Below are positions 39,937 through 54,425 of a stretch of DNA of 64,000 nt, piece by piece (position 1 is the first letter of the stretch; each line of letters opens with the position of its first letter). The notes under the pieces are model-generated. The model was not told where the DNA came from. It saw only the letters and a list, made by a program, of their open reading frames with translations, and searched no databases. The position numbers and the translations under genes were made by a program. Origin of the DNA: Tubiluchus corallicola (lineage: Eukaryota > Animalia > Priapulida); the NCBI GenBank assembly GCA_030141605.1, contig JAQGDQ010000305.1:186001-250000 (forward strand), written 5' to 3'.

Positions 39937-40718
39937 TGGCTTCTTAACTTGGTATAAGACATTGCGCAAACGAAGTAAAAGTTGGAAACTGAGCATGCTT
40001 TTTTTACTTGCTGTGATTTTAAAGACTTGAAGTAATCGTACTGTAGCCTCAAATTAACAGGACAATGCAATTTCTTTATAAAAGACGCGAGATTGTGAAC
40101 TGTTTAGACACATGTATTGGTGTACTAGTCTTTACATTTAAAATTCTAAATTCTTCCAACTATGTCTGTTGTACTTACATCAATTTTTAATTCATGTTCT
40201 GATATGGATGTGTTTCTCCATCGTTCAAGCTGACATAGTATTGGGTACTTCAACTCTAAGGCGTTTACTTTGCATTTTGAAGCACAGAAAGGAAAATCAC
40301 TAATTAAAGATGGGCTATTAGGTCCACAAAATAATATAGACCAAAATGATCTATAATGTACATTTTATGCTGTTACAAAGGACCTTACGTTTTATACTGT
40401 GTGATTTTTTTGCACGGAATAGCAACCAGAAACGTGCTCAATTTTTAGGTAGTCATTTTATTAAACTAATTGTTCAATGTAAAAGCAGTTTATTTTATAA
40501 ATTCAATAAACTGACTTTAGCAATTAAATTGTGCAAATATGTTTTTTGAGGATTTTGCACACTGGTGTGTGTAATTTGAAGTTTGAATTTGCACGATATA
40601 CATATATATACAATTATATATATATATAACGTATACAAGAATATGGAAAAGATTTGGCTGATAGCATTGCAAACAAAAAAAAGCTTACAAGTAAAATTAG
40701 CAAATGTCAGCATATAAT

Positions 40719-43700
40719 TCATACATAAAACATAATTTCTGGGATCTGCCCTCCCTGGACGCCCGTTCCATTTGTACTTTCCGACGAACACTGGAACTGG
40801 AACGTGACACCATATGGCGTGCTTACTTCGCTCTGGCCCTCTTGACCAAAATAGCTGAGTTCCTGTCCATCGAGTAAAACGCTTACAGTATAGAACTTAT
40901 CAGGTTCAATTTGCACGGGGTCCGTTAAGTACACAGGAATGGGGTTGCTAGACCCATCACAGAACGTTACTGTGTCATTCGCAGCTAAAATTGTTCCGGC
41001 TTGTTTTAATTCCATTTTCACTCTGTAGGAAGCAGTGCCAGTACTGGACCCATATAAACCTAATCCGGCAATAAATATTCTTCGGTCGACAGAGAATTGA
41101 ATGCTATCACAGCGCCCTCGATAGCGCCATTGGTTGCTACGATAGGCACATGATTGAAACCGACGGCACCAGTGTGGTGTCAAACCACGGCGTGGCAATG
41201 CCGGAAAGTTCACCGATGGTTTGACGGTCGCTGTAAAATAGAGAAAAATGTCTCTAGTCTCTGGCAGTGTTAACAGTTCCGAAGACACGACTTTGTCAGC
41301 AAATTCAGTTAAGGACATCGCAGGGATACGGATGGTGTTAAAAACGTGTCTTAACACATTGCGCTTATTCTCCGGTAAAAGTTGGAGACCATGACGCGTA
41401 CACTCCGCCTCTGCCCATCTGACTACGGCTTCGAATATAGAAATCTCTTTCGCGTTCAACGTCTCGCGACTAAGAACTGATTCGAGGGTGTGAAAATCGA
41501 TTTCCGGAAATCCGTCTGATTTCAGAGCTAGTTCCGCTTGAGCATCGATAACCTACAAAAGTGATTAGATTCCTGTGTGAAGTATTTTAATATCACCAAA
41601 TTTAGACTGGTAAGGCCTGAACCATGATAACTATCGATGGTTGTACGCCAGGTTCATTCTCAAATGATGTGTATGTAAACGGCCCTGTCGTTTGCTGTTT
41701 GGCAGTGACATCTTGAGATAAAAAATCACATTTATGTCACGTTATTAACAAAACAAACGAAACAAAACTCGGTGCAATGAGATTGCAAAATGCCCTTTTT
41801 TAAGTAATAAACTGCACCAGTTCACAATTTTCAGTAGCCTTGAGGCTCAAGTTAAATGGCTTTATTAACACCTTGTTCTTCACTTGCCTCAAAAGAAAAA
41901 ATTGAAATAATGACCAAAAACACAAAAGAACCAGAGCCGAAAACGATTTTGAAGTGGTATAGTTTCGTAATAACCATGGTGATAATGCATTTCGAAGTGC
42001 TTTGGTTTAGACACGGACATCAATCAAGAATAAAATTTTAACAAATTTGTTCTTATTTTTCAGTTAAATCAAAATTACCTGCCAACATCTCTCCATTAGT
42101 TCCGGTTCCTCAAACAATCTACTTTGACTCAGCAGGAGACAGGCATTTCGTGCATTGAGACTTGTCTCTAAAAAATTGACACACGCCCTTGCCAGATAAG
42201 GTAGAAGATATTTCTTTGCCGCGTACAGCGTCGCCAGTACGGTGTCAGCTTCTAAGTCAATATCATCTGTGTACAGATAGCTATAAAAAATAACGACCAT
42301 TGTATTTATTAAAAAATCCACTATTTATGAAATGCTCAGCAAAATGTATCTATGCATAATGCAGATGTTTCACGTTTCCTGTTAAAAATATCCAGAGAGG
42401 CCAGATCACCAAAGCTAAACAACAAGAAACTGTCTAATCAACCAGTTTAACTCTGTGTAAAAATAAAATTATGTGCATAGTCGCATAGCTAGTTTTATTA
42501 TAAGGCTCGTGGTTTTGCAACATCGGTTATATTGTGTCAAATTATATATATATGTATATATGTACATAAAATGGACACACAAAAACAAAATAACTGCAGT
42601 AGACAAAGTGCTTAAAATAAACCTGGCACTTGTGACTCACCGTAACATAGCAACGAATGCTGTAGGATCAACATCAGGAATTTCAACGACTTTATCATTA
42701 GCTAAGCCGCCATAGAACATTGCATAGAATACTGAACTACCTGTTGCCAATACATATTTATGTGCAGGAATTCGCCTCGAGTAACCTGAAACATAGCAGA
42801 GATATTCTTGCAGTTAGTCCAATTAAACTATCATACACATTTAAATGCATTAATATTATGTGAATCTGCCATCATTACAAATATACAAATACACAGCTAT
42901 TGTTGCATTAATGTTCATCACCATTGCAATATTGCTATAATACAAAAGTGAAAGTATGGATAGTCTTGTAACTTTGCATTATGCCAGACTCTGTGTTGTT
43001 TTCTGTAATACCTAGAAAAACAGGAAAATCAACAACTTTAGATGCACTGTAGTTTGTACACACTAATTACTGAAGTATTTGCTCAGCCTAATGACTTCTA
43101 TGTTTAGTACAAAGAAAGCTAAAGATTTCTGATAATGCTGTCAATTTGTCATCATTTGTAGGCTTGAGATATGAGCCATATGACTGGGTAGTTCACCTAA
43201 ATAACACCCAGGATTGGCTAATTATTTTTTGGTTGTGTTAATTGCATTACAATCAAATTAATTACTACTTCATACAGCTTGTCTGCAGAAAATCTTCTAA
43301 TCTATTATAAACATGATAGAACATAGAAAGAATATAACAAAGTTAGTATAGTGTTTTTTCACTTATGTCTAGACTCATTCCTAAGTGACTGCAAATATAA
43401 GCAAACAAGCTAGAGGAAAATAATTGATAAGATCATCCAATACGACCTATGTTGGACTGAATATGGTCAATAGACATTATTAAGTGCTTAATTTACAATA
43501 AAAACTTTGTTGACAACAGCACACGATAATCTAAGTGATATCTGCACTACACAATAATAATAATAATAATTTACTAAATATTTTGAAAGCATTTTACTTG
43601 ATCAAATGCATCTTCCTAATTCTATCTGGTAGTAAAAGATCATAAAATTGGTAAATACTCAAGGCTATGGCACATTGTTTGATTAAAAGTACACTGAATA

Positions 43701-44366
43701 AAAAAAGGAAAAATAATAGAAACACGGAAAATTTAATAAAATAATAAAAGCAATGTCATAAAACATACACAATCGTAGAAAATGCAAGATTATCTCAACT
43801 GCAGACAGTATCATTAAAATAGTAAGTTTTCAGACTCTTAAGATCATCAAGCGAGCTGATCAGGCATAATTGCAGCGATAAAAAATTCCACAGTTTGGGG
43901 GCAGCAGAACTGAATGACTTATCACCACATATGGCAAGCCTAGGACTTCAAGATTACTTCTGTTTGAGCTAGATCTTAATGTTCCGCGAGGGATGTGTAG
44001 TTTAAAAAGGTCTGATATGCAATTCACTTTAGCTCTGCATTCGAGCCAGAAACCAGGTAAAGCTGGTAGGTTACCTTCTGGTCCGACAATAAAATGAACG
44101 TCTGCCATAAGTTCATTATTTAGCATTACAGCATTTCTTTCCTGTAGACTGGTTTTTGTCGATTGCCATCCTGATTCTTCAACCTTAGAGACTGGGACAT
44201 TTTGCTTGAAAGACTTGCAGTTTGACTCTTCGGCAGAGGTCTCTCCTGTGTCCAATCTGTTTTCCTCGGCGGATGTGAGTGCCTGGGCATAATTAACATT
44301 GCTGTTTTCATCAGCAATCGCTATAGCATCATCTTGATGTTCCTCACTGGTTACGCCAACTTTCAT
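40719..44366 (-). CDS. BTBD6: BTB-BACK-PHR domain protein, BTBD3/BTBD6 (Drosophila lute) type, ~490 aa
   Basis: Exons 44366-44075, 42785-42641, 42280-42079, 41552-40719 (1473 nt, in phase). Motifs [47 protein letters not shown] and the [26 protein letters not shown]...[14 protein letters not shown]. Likely co-ortholog of vertebrate BTBD3 and BTBD6. Confidence 0.93.
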
Positions 44367-45254
44367 AATGGTTTTGTGTCCTGCAAAAAATTGTTTTGTC
44401 AATTACAATAAACACGGCTTGATATCAACAGATTTCAATGTACCTTATTAATATTAGACCTTAATTAGTGTACTGACACATTAGAAATAACTGTAAACAT
44501 ATATAATAAAAATGTTATATTACTGTCATTATACAGGACTCAAACAAGATAAAAACTTCAAGTTCTTACATTGTAGACTGAATTGTGCAATGTATATACA
44601 GGCAAAACAACATTAAACATGGTCAGATGCAACTTGCTGAAATGCCAAAATTAACTCTTTATACAAAGAACTGAGCAAGAAATAAAAAGATCGCCTAAAA
44701 TTCTGATTAGCTATAGTTTCACGTTTAATGAAATTCAGAGCGGGACATGGGCAACCAATACACTGCAACTGTTTCCAAACATTTGGCACATATGCAGTAA
44801 TTGTTAGGTGCTTCGGTGATCTGTTTGCCCTGTTGGACAGCGTCATAAATTTATTAATCAATTTTAATATGTTTGTTTTATTTTAATTTTGTATTTTTAC
44901 CATATTATTTTGTCATGGCAAATATAATAAATCAAATCAAACGATCTCCTCTTTGTATGGGATGTGAGAAAATTTATCAGTTTCCATTCAAGGGCGTATA
45001 AGGGATAGTGCGTGAGGCCCAACGGGATATCATATTTTAAAGGAATCACTGTAAACGAAAATGTTGAAATAATAAGCAAAACGCAACAGCTAGAAATTAG
45101 TTTAATGACAATGTATTTGATAAATATGACCTTCAGTTTGCAACTGGACATAACAAATACATGAAGATTATAGCAAATGTGTTTACGGACTGTGTGTCTC
45201 TGCATATTAGTTTTCTCCATAAGAAGTCCTAGCGATATCAAGATGCATTCTTAC

Positions 45255-46294
45255 CCGCCTTAATGTACAAAAGATTTATAGTCAACCTATGGAGTTCGCC
45301 AGTTAACACAACAAAATAAAAAATATCTGAAATTAGCAAATTTCGCCACAGTTGCTGCAGCAATCATAACATCATTATTGTCCTGCCACCTATTGGCAAA
45401 AAGTTGACACACTAACCAAGATCTCCAAGAAGCCTAACAAAGTTTATATTTTTCAGTATAGGTGGCGCGGAAATCAATATTGAAAACAGGAACGCGAAGT
45501 AGTAGTAGCTTTATACTAGCTTACGCGTTTACACTTTTCTGGTTCACGTTGGATTTTTCATAGTTACTCATTTTATTTTGTACCTAATTTTTTAGTTGTG
45601 CTTATTGGCTCGCAGATGTTTATTGATTCGCGGTCAAAAGTGATACTTCAATTACTGAGGAAATTATTATTTACAATGGTTAGTGTATTTGCTTAAGTTA
45701 TAGTTTTACTATATAATAATTTAATATTAATAATATAGTGTTACTTTTTCTAACAAAAAGTAATCATTGTTAACTCACCTTTGCAGCTACCGCAATCATT
45801 TTTGACACTTGTTATATAGTTTTAATTTTGGTAGCCTTGTGTGTAAGGAAGGCCAAAACAGGGTTGTATGATACACTAACTTTCTGTAAGTTCGTTTAGC
45901 TACACCTTTTTATGCCTTTTGAATTTTATCTATAATCACTATAGCGACACAATACCTTATATACAATATATATACATTGAACAAAAAACATATAGGCATC
46001 AACAGCTAAGGATACTAGTATCATGCTGTAGAAAACTCGGTGTTTGCAGACTTGTTTCTCAAAAATCCAATCTTCAACCCAAAATTCATTGTGCCCTACA
46101 AAATCATAGGTTATTATTTACTAAAGTTTCATAATTATTGTTTTGCTTTGTTTCTTAAATGGTCAAGTTACAGTTAGTTTCTAAGCTACTTCTTTTAAAA
46201 ACCAATTAAACGAGATATGTTAAAAAAAGATTTTTTTGCGAGTTATTGAACGTTTTACCTTTGGTACTAAATTGACAATATCTTACTTTTTCAG
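45255..46294. promoter_or_regulatory. Bidirectional promoter / 5' UTR exon region shared by the BTB gene and kindlin
   Basis: The start codons are divergent and ~2 kb apart. Candidate non-coding exon donors lie on - (45255 CGG|gtaaga, 45779 AAG|gtgagt) and on + (45678 ATG|gttagt, 45885 TCT|gtaagt). Confidence 0.55.
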
Positions 46295-46362
46295 TGGTAA
46301 GTCTAACATTCAGTTTCAAAGAATTATACTCATAGACTGGATTAAAAACTCCAACCAGCAAG

Positions 46363-49300
46363 ATGATGGCCGATGGCAGACTCATAGATGGCAGCTGGGA
46401 GCTGACTATCTATGTAACAGACCTGGATGTTTCTCGTACACTCCGAGTTACAGGAGACCTACACATAGGGGGTGTTATGCTCAAATTGGTGGAGGACCTA
46501 CAAAATGATCTTGGTAAGCTGTGCAGGAAGTCTTAGTTTGGAAAACCTTTATTTATGGTTAAAGGAAAGAACAAGTCCCTCAGTATGTTGGGTTTGTTTT
46601 ATCGAACATTATCACTTTAACTCTCATTATCATTTATAATATCTTACTACCCCTAAATAGAAATTTTCATGGGTGGCAATTGTCATTCACTTGAAAATCA
46701 TGACATAACTGGGAGATTTTATTTAAAACAATTATTTACAACAATTGTACAATGTTAGATGACAGGTTGAAATACAATAATAAATTTGTGAGACGTCATA
46801 TTGAGTTACAGTCATAAATGTTAGTACTAATTTTTCTATTTATCTGTGCACAGTTTCATATTATATAAATACTCTCTAAATTGCCTATACATTGGCTACA
46901 AATTGCTTATAAACATGTTTGAAATTGTTATAACTGGGAAAAAACCTGTTCCAACCATTTCACACACTAGACAGTTTTTTCCCCAAGGACCTACTTCCTG
47001 CCTACACTCTTATACTACCATTTAGATAACTACGATGACAGTAGTGATTCACTTGGCTTTAAAGTTATTCATTACAATTAAGCTACAGAAGTTTACATTC
47101 CTACAGTACTTGGAATACTTCTTAACTAGCTTCCAGTAGAATAATGTACAATGATTGTCCAATCGGAAAGATGTTTCCGACAATGTTGAAGATTCTGGAA
47201 TTTGGCTTTCTTTGCTGCACAATATGTTGAGGATTCTGGCATCTAGAGCTATCCTCATTAGTAGCCTAGCTATACTCATTTAGCAGATTTTTTTAATTAG
47301 AGTAGTTCCAAATTAACATATGAAATATTTGTGCATAGTCGATTACCTATAATGGTTGATCTTGTGTGCATTGAGGCACTGACTTTAATAAGTTGGACTG
47401 CTAATAATTCCTTTATTATGCAAAATCAGGCAATTCCTTGTGCATAACTGTAATCTATAAATATAGTTGTTGGTATGCTGGGCAGGGGGTGATGAGCCAC
47501 ATACAATGTATAGTATGTACAGACTTTATCTTGGCTGTGTAGTGCTCCTTAAATGAGAATTTATATTTTTGTGATAGTTTTTGTGAGACGTCTGTGATAA
47601 TCAGGGTAACAGGAAAAGGCCAAAAAAATCTGTTCTTGGGGTCCATTGTTCAATTTCTTGAAGCTTGGAATTAAGTTTGCGATTGTCAGACATATTCTGA
47701 CAATGCCCATCAAAAAGTTCAACAAGACTTCAAAAATTAAGTGTAATAGTTTATAATGTGTCAAAAAAGCATTTGAGACAACAAGTGTAAAAAACAGAGG
47801 TTAATCTTAGTTCTATTGGAATGATTTTCATCAAAAAAGAGGGTTAAACTTTTTGTTATGAGACAAATGAACAAGATTTTCTTCTTCGTCTGTTGCTGTA
47901 AATATCTATTGTAAACATTGAGCCTCCATCTGTTACTAGAATGCCACTTGTTGGGCACCGAGTAACTCACTAACCGAAGTAGGGTACTCGTACATGGGCT
48001 AGCCCAAGTAGGATGTGTCGTACATGGGCTAACCACGTAGGACACTAGAGACAGGTCGCGAATTGAGTCGTTAAGCTTACTGGCACTGTCCGTTGTCCTT
48101 GTTTATGTAATAATAATAATTAAAAACGTCAATACACGTTGAATAATTTATTATACAACTGATAAAATAAAAGAATTTTATTCTGAGCTGGTAGAACGTA
48201 CAATATTAAATTTGGTTTCGATATTAATGTTGTTGAAGTGAAATAAACCCAGTTTTTAGGCGCTTTCAACATTTGTTTAAGGTACATAATTTTTTATTTT
48301 GTCTCGCGGCACAGACAGGTGATCCATTTCACTACCTCTGGGACATATAATTGTTTTCTCCTAAGTAAACGTTTAGCGATCTATGTGCCCTACATGGGCT
48401 AGCGAGCGATGTATGACAGTGCCCTACATGTTGCAATACTATTGATATTATTAAAATTAATTGTCTTTGCTTTTCCTAAATGTTAAAAATTACTTTTTCG
48501 TGTTGTGAAGGCTTAGCAACATCTGTCTCATTTTTAAACTTACAATTATTTCTGTAATAACTGTGTGCATAGTTTCTCTCTTTAAAACATTAGATACTTA
48601 GTTTAATGTTATGACGATATTAATGGAGCTAATAATAATAATGACGATATTATTATAAAAATACATTTGTAAATTGCCAAGGATTTTCCATCATTATTAT
48701 AAAGTTACTTTTTTTGATTTGACAAAATTATCGATTCTCGACAAAAATCGCTAATGTCCTACTTGGGCTGCCCTGGTACGACACTGCTTTTCTGCAAATT
48801 TAGCACATGCGTTTTACCGGGAGTGCCCTACTTCGGCTAGTGGGTTACTCGGCGCCCTACATTACACCACTGTTTCAGTCTGTAACTAAAGTTTTCAACT
48901 CCTATGATACTTATAATTGGTTCACTTGGTCTCAGCTTTTGTAAATCTTTATTAATTTTTGATATCCAACTTATTTTTTTGCCTGGAGGTCGTTTAGCAG
49001 GTTTTAGTCATTTAGTGCCTCGTTAAATACTAACCTTACTGGCGTTGTTTCTGGCAATCTCATTAAATAGACTTCTGATTCTAGTTTTAGCGCTCCAAAG
49101 TTCCTCTTTGGTTAAGTTGTAGTTATACAGCTACTCAAATGACATACGACCATTTTATTTTTAAGATTTTTCGGAGCAGACCTCTGTGGACTACATCTAT
49201 TTCCTGTATTGCATTAACATCCCACATTTCACTGTTGTACATGAAGATATTAGTTACACATTCATGGAAGAGTCATAGCGTTTTTGAAAAGATTAGAATT

Positions 49301-50726
49301 AATTTATTCTGGGCAGTACCTCACGGCTTTCACTAAAATTCGCAGTTCATTCATTTTGCACGTTCTAATTTACCATGGCAGTTCTCTCCGAGCTACAGAC
49401 AGCTCAGTCATACTACACCAGAATCTTTTCATAAACATCGATTCTTAAAAAAGCAATGTACTGTAACTTAGACACGTATGCTAAGACCCTCTGGGGTTCG
49501 CTGGCCCTATTTTAGTGCTTAAGACTGATGTTTTTAACGATGTATACAGATCTGTTTTTGTTTACTTTTCCCAGCTCGCTGTACTTGATGCGCATTGCTT
49601 GGCTTAACGTTGTAAGTTTGCTAAGGCAAGCAGAAACCAATCTCAATTCTCACTGCCTTTGTATTAATTTGTAATGAGTTGCACCCCCATATAACCAAAG
49701 TGGAAAATTTTCTTTAAAAAATTAGACATTTTTCTGATAATTGTAATGCTAATATCTATTTGCCTTTGAGAGACTTCAGAAAAGAATTGCGTGATTGTTT
49801 AATGTTTATGAAAGACTAACTGGCGTATGTGCATGCTGTTGCGGTAGACTGAGAAAACGTAGTTTGCAAATTTTTGTGATACATTGGAAACAGAACTTTT
49901 TTCAGTCTTTAGGTACATTGCTTTGAAAAATATGACAAATTTCCAGTCTTTAGTTTAACTAGAATGTCCATTTCCACTGCTTTGCTAGGTCAGCGTATGC
50001 TTTCCCATATAATTTATAAAGAAGTGAAGCTGGTAAACGTGCGATTTAAGCGTTTATATATTTTATTACGTTATGTTTCTTAAATTTTTATAGAGCTTAT
50101 TGAAATATAGATTTTATTTCAATAAAGATAAATCACAATGAAACAACGCTCTATTAGATAGAAAGTTATTCAGAACTAGTTTTATTTTTTAACCCTTGTC
50201 TCAGAGCTTTTACGTAGGAAACACTTTTCTTCTGAATGTAACTATATTGTGTATCAATTCAATTCAAAGTGAGTTCAATAGGAGTGTCAAAAGACTGTGT
50301 TCTCTGGTTTCCCTATCATAGTAAATGCTGGGTTCTGGACAGAACCCACATTCCTGTAAAATTTCTTCATATGGTATGTGATTGTTTTATATAATTCCTT
50401 CTACAACCCAACACTCAGTGACAGCTGGACTGTGCCCACTTAGTATGGGTAAATGAAGCAGGACTGGAACCTTTTCATTGTCAAGGCTAATCCTCTAGGT
50501 TGAGACACTACAGTGGAAAAGTCGACTCAGCCAGATTCAGATGTGAATGCAGCCTCCCTTAGCGAGCCAAACGTTCAGAATCAGTATGGTTCAGAGTAGA
50601 AATCGAATTTAGTGGTTGCCTGAATTTTTCTCTGAAGTTATAATTATTGCAAGTTACGAATTCTTACGGTATTTTTTCCATCATCATGCACACGCACGCT
50701 TGCACACACACACACACACACTCACA

Positions 50727-50785
<59 letters not shown>

Positions 50786-53700
50786 GTTCAGCCATTCAAA
50801 AATGTCTATGTCTATGTCATATTTCTTTGGCAGTCTTTTTTCATTTGTCTTCTTTATTCTATTAACCTCTGTTATTATATAGTCTATAATTATATAGCCA
50901 AAAACTCTGCAATAGGTAGCGGTGACGTCAAATATAAAATATGTTTATCATTTGTTAGTCATAGTTATACTTAAGTAAAAGGTTTCGCTTGTCATATAAC
51001 ACTTGAAAACGAGACAGAGGGAACAGATTTCTTTCACTTCAAAAAGTTTACAAGGTAAAAAACCTGTTGTACTACCTGATAAAAAGACCATCTATTTGGA
51101 AAATGACTGGGGCTTATTTTTGGGTGGGTTTTAGCTGCGAGGTGTGGCACACGCTTGAATTCCTTGAAGTTGATGAGGCATGAAAATAATGCAATGTTTG
51201 ACCTGAATTGAGTTTACCTGGTGGGCATGCTGATAGGTATGGTAGTGGAAACGCCCTCTTGTAGTACTACAACGTGCTATTTGCATAAGCGTGGGATTGT
51301 ATATGTTTACTGAGCAAAGCTTGGACATGCTCCTAATTTTACACGTATATACTGACCTTCGAATTTTATTGTTAGAGATTTATAACTTGTGTGTAGCAAA
51401 CTTCTCACTCAAGCAGCTAACTTTTTACACCGAGCAGCTTGTTTAATATTCAAGTAATCAACTAAATAACTGATAAATTAATTAAAACCCAACAATTGGT
51501 AGTGCTGATTGTGCAATATTCTCTGAGTGCATGGAGGGCACGTTTGGACTCATAAACAGTTTAATTTATTGTACGACTCTAAATAATCTATTTACTTTGT
51601 TTATTTTCTACTTTCGGTTCTATTATTGAAAAATTTAGCAGCTTCTGCTACTTTCTTATTTGTGATATGTACGTTATCGAATATCTATATCTGTGGTTAT
51701 CAACTTTCAAATAGGGGTTACTGGAGTGTAGCTAAAGCTCGTTAAAACTGTTTGTTAAGGTTTATGACAGCTTTAAACCATCCATCTCTCTCTCTCTATC
51801 CAGCGTTGTCTTGTTTGCATCCATCGAAAGATCCAGCTAATAAAGGCGAAGCGAACTTTGGGGGACACATGTTTTGACTTTATCCAGTCTCTCTTGACCA
51901 CACTAGCAGCTGTTGATGATGTACTGGGTACAGCAAGACAGCGTGACTGAAAATAAACAGAGGCCACGGACAGTTTTGTAGACAGTGACACGTGTCATTC
52001 ATCCACTTCAATCTGTTGTCAGTTTACAATCTACAGCCTTGTTTTCATATGTTCCAGTGGCCATCCGTTTTGTGCATCGCGCCTTTTCCCGGCTAGCCTG
52101 CGCTGTCTTCTCTGGGCCCTTATTCCAAAAAAGTCTCAAAAGTGATTGTATTTCAAAAAGTCTGGGGACGGTTGAATAGCCGAGTGATCATTGTGTATGA
52201 TCGAAGTTAAGTAACGCTGAACCTCATCCGAGGATGGATGGTTGTTTGCCTGGCTCAATACGCATTCTTGGCGGTTTCGTCTGCTGTATGGGCATTTAGT
52301 ATTTAGCTATGTGTAGAAAATGGTTATTGTTAAATCAATACATGTCATAGTTTGTCAGATGAGTTGCATAAAAGCTTAATATTGCTATTTGAGGAAACAT
52401 GACCTTCACAGCATGACCGTATTTTAAAGCTTGGTTGCATTTGGTAAAACGATGTTAAATTAGCGCTGGCCAGTGGCTACAGTTTGATATCAAAGTAAGT
52501 TGCTGAAATGCCTCGTTTGGCGGCTTTTTACTGCTATTGCTACTGGTGAACCGTTGTGGCTACGGCTGCTGTTGCTGCTACTGCTGTTGTAAGGATCATG
52601 GATTGTATGTACTAGTGCGTGTTGGCCGAAGGTTGAAGTTTGATAAAGGAAACTTGAACCCTTTCAGCTTGATTTGATTGGGCTGATGGAAAGAGCTTCA
52701 GTGGCGTCATATAAAACAGTACAATCTTCATCGTTTCGACGACATGTTACTGTTAGTTCACAAACTCCTTTGCGCGCTTAACAAATTGCTTCAAAATTAA
52801 CCGCACGGACGACAAAAAAACATAGCAGGAGTTTTGTTTAGTGTGTTTATGTGTAGACAGTGGGAATTGAATTACTAAACAACACTACCCGTCAATCAAC
52901 ATTATTGATCACAACATGTGGCTAGTGTATTTTCAGAATATTTTATCTCTTGAACAGGCAACCCTGTTACACGCTGAGTGAGAATTCATCATTTTAATAA
53001 AATTAACTTTGAATCGACCGCCTTGATAATTTAATAGAAATGGCAGCTTTTTCGTTTACCACGCGGATTAATAAATGGGGGCAAAAAATTCTTTTAGTGT
53101 TGTTTAAGTTGCAGTGTCATGATTAGCCTTTGTAATAGAAAGACCTGTGTTCGAACCATGACGGAGGAAATTACACTCCTTCAGACAATTCTATTCTTCA
53201 GACAAAAATATGTCGACCACAGTTTTTATATTATTTTTATTATTAAAATTTATTGACCTTATAAGATTATCAATAAAACAAAATCAAATATACAATGTAA
53301 TACGTTATACATACATACACAAATTATGAAACAAGACTACTAGCTCACAAATTTCAAATACACAACACCTCATCACTATTGGCACTAGCAGCAGATGATT
53401 ACAAAAGTTTCCAAGAAATAACATGAAAGTCCAGTACTAAACAAATTGAGCTCATAAAATCTGATGGAAAAATTAATTACGGCGATTGATTAAGACACGT
53501 AATTTAAGAGCAGACAAGAGATAAATCACATTTGAACAAGTCACATATAGTATCAAAGTTCATGTTAAAGAGAGAATTCAAGTTCAAGTTTATAAACATT
53601 GTTTCAAAACTTCACTTTTAGAGTCTATATCTTATTCACAGATATTATCACACAGTTGAAGCTCAGGTATGTTGTCCACCTGCCAAGTTTTATGTCTTTG

Positions 53701-54346
53701 CTTTAGGCTATATTATTGGACTACTGTCTGATCATAACAATTTCTCCATAAACTTACCCGTATAAACATTGAGTTTATTATTGGTGTCTCGTGGCATGCG
53801 CTTTAAAAATGTAATTTATTGACATATCAGACACTGCATGAAAAATTGTTTCTGGTGTTCAAGATTTATAGTTTTATTATATGGATTCATGGTCACTGTG
53901 TGGAATGTTGCGTCTAGTAGTTTCACTGGAATTGTTATTATAAATCTGTATTTTTTACACAATTCGGCAAACTGCAAACCGAAATACGGTCTCAACCACA
54001 GGACCTACTAAATTTCAGATGGTGTTGTGGCTGGGCTGCAAATTGTCTCATTACTAAGACTTATCCTCCAAAAAGAGATGTAAACTAAACCGTCAGAGCA
54101 GTCTTAGTTCTGTTTAGTTCTCTGGTTCAAAACCAGTGGCTGCTAGCACACATTTATATAGTCTTATATAATCATATATAAGCTATATAGAATTTATAGT
54201 CATATATCAGCCACCAACGCAGTTTAATAGTGTCTTTGTCAAGACTATTTTAGTCTTTGAAATTGATCAGATTTAGTGTGTATTTGATGTTTTTCTTTTT
54301 TTATAAAATGACGGTGACTGCAGACATTAATCTTAAATAAAAGACC

Positions 54347-54425
<79 letters not shown>

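Noticed and set aside
43860-44074. C-terminal part of the 180-aa ORF as BTB gene coding sequence
   Set aside because: Homology stops at the donor at 44075; the rest is intron read-through.
53100-53170. tRNA gene (B-box-like GTTCGAACC)
   Set aside because: No intact cloverleaf; at most a decayed tRNA-derived SINE head.
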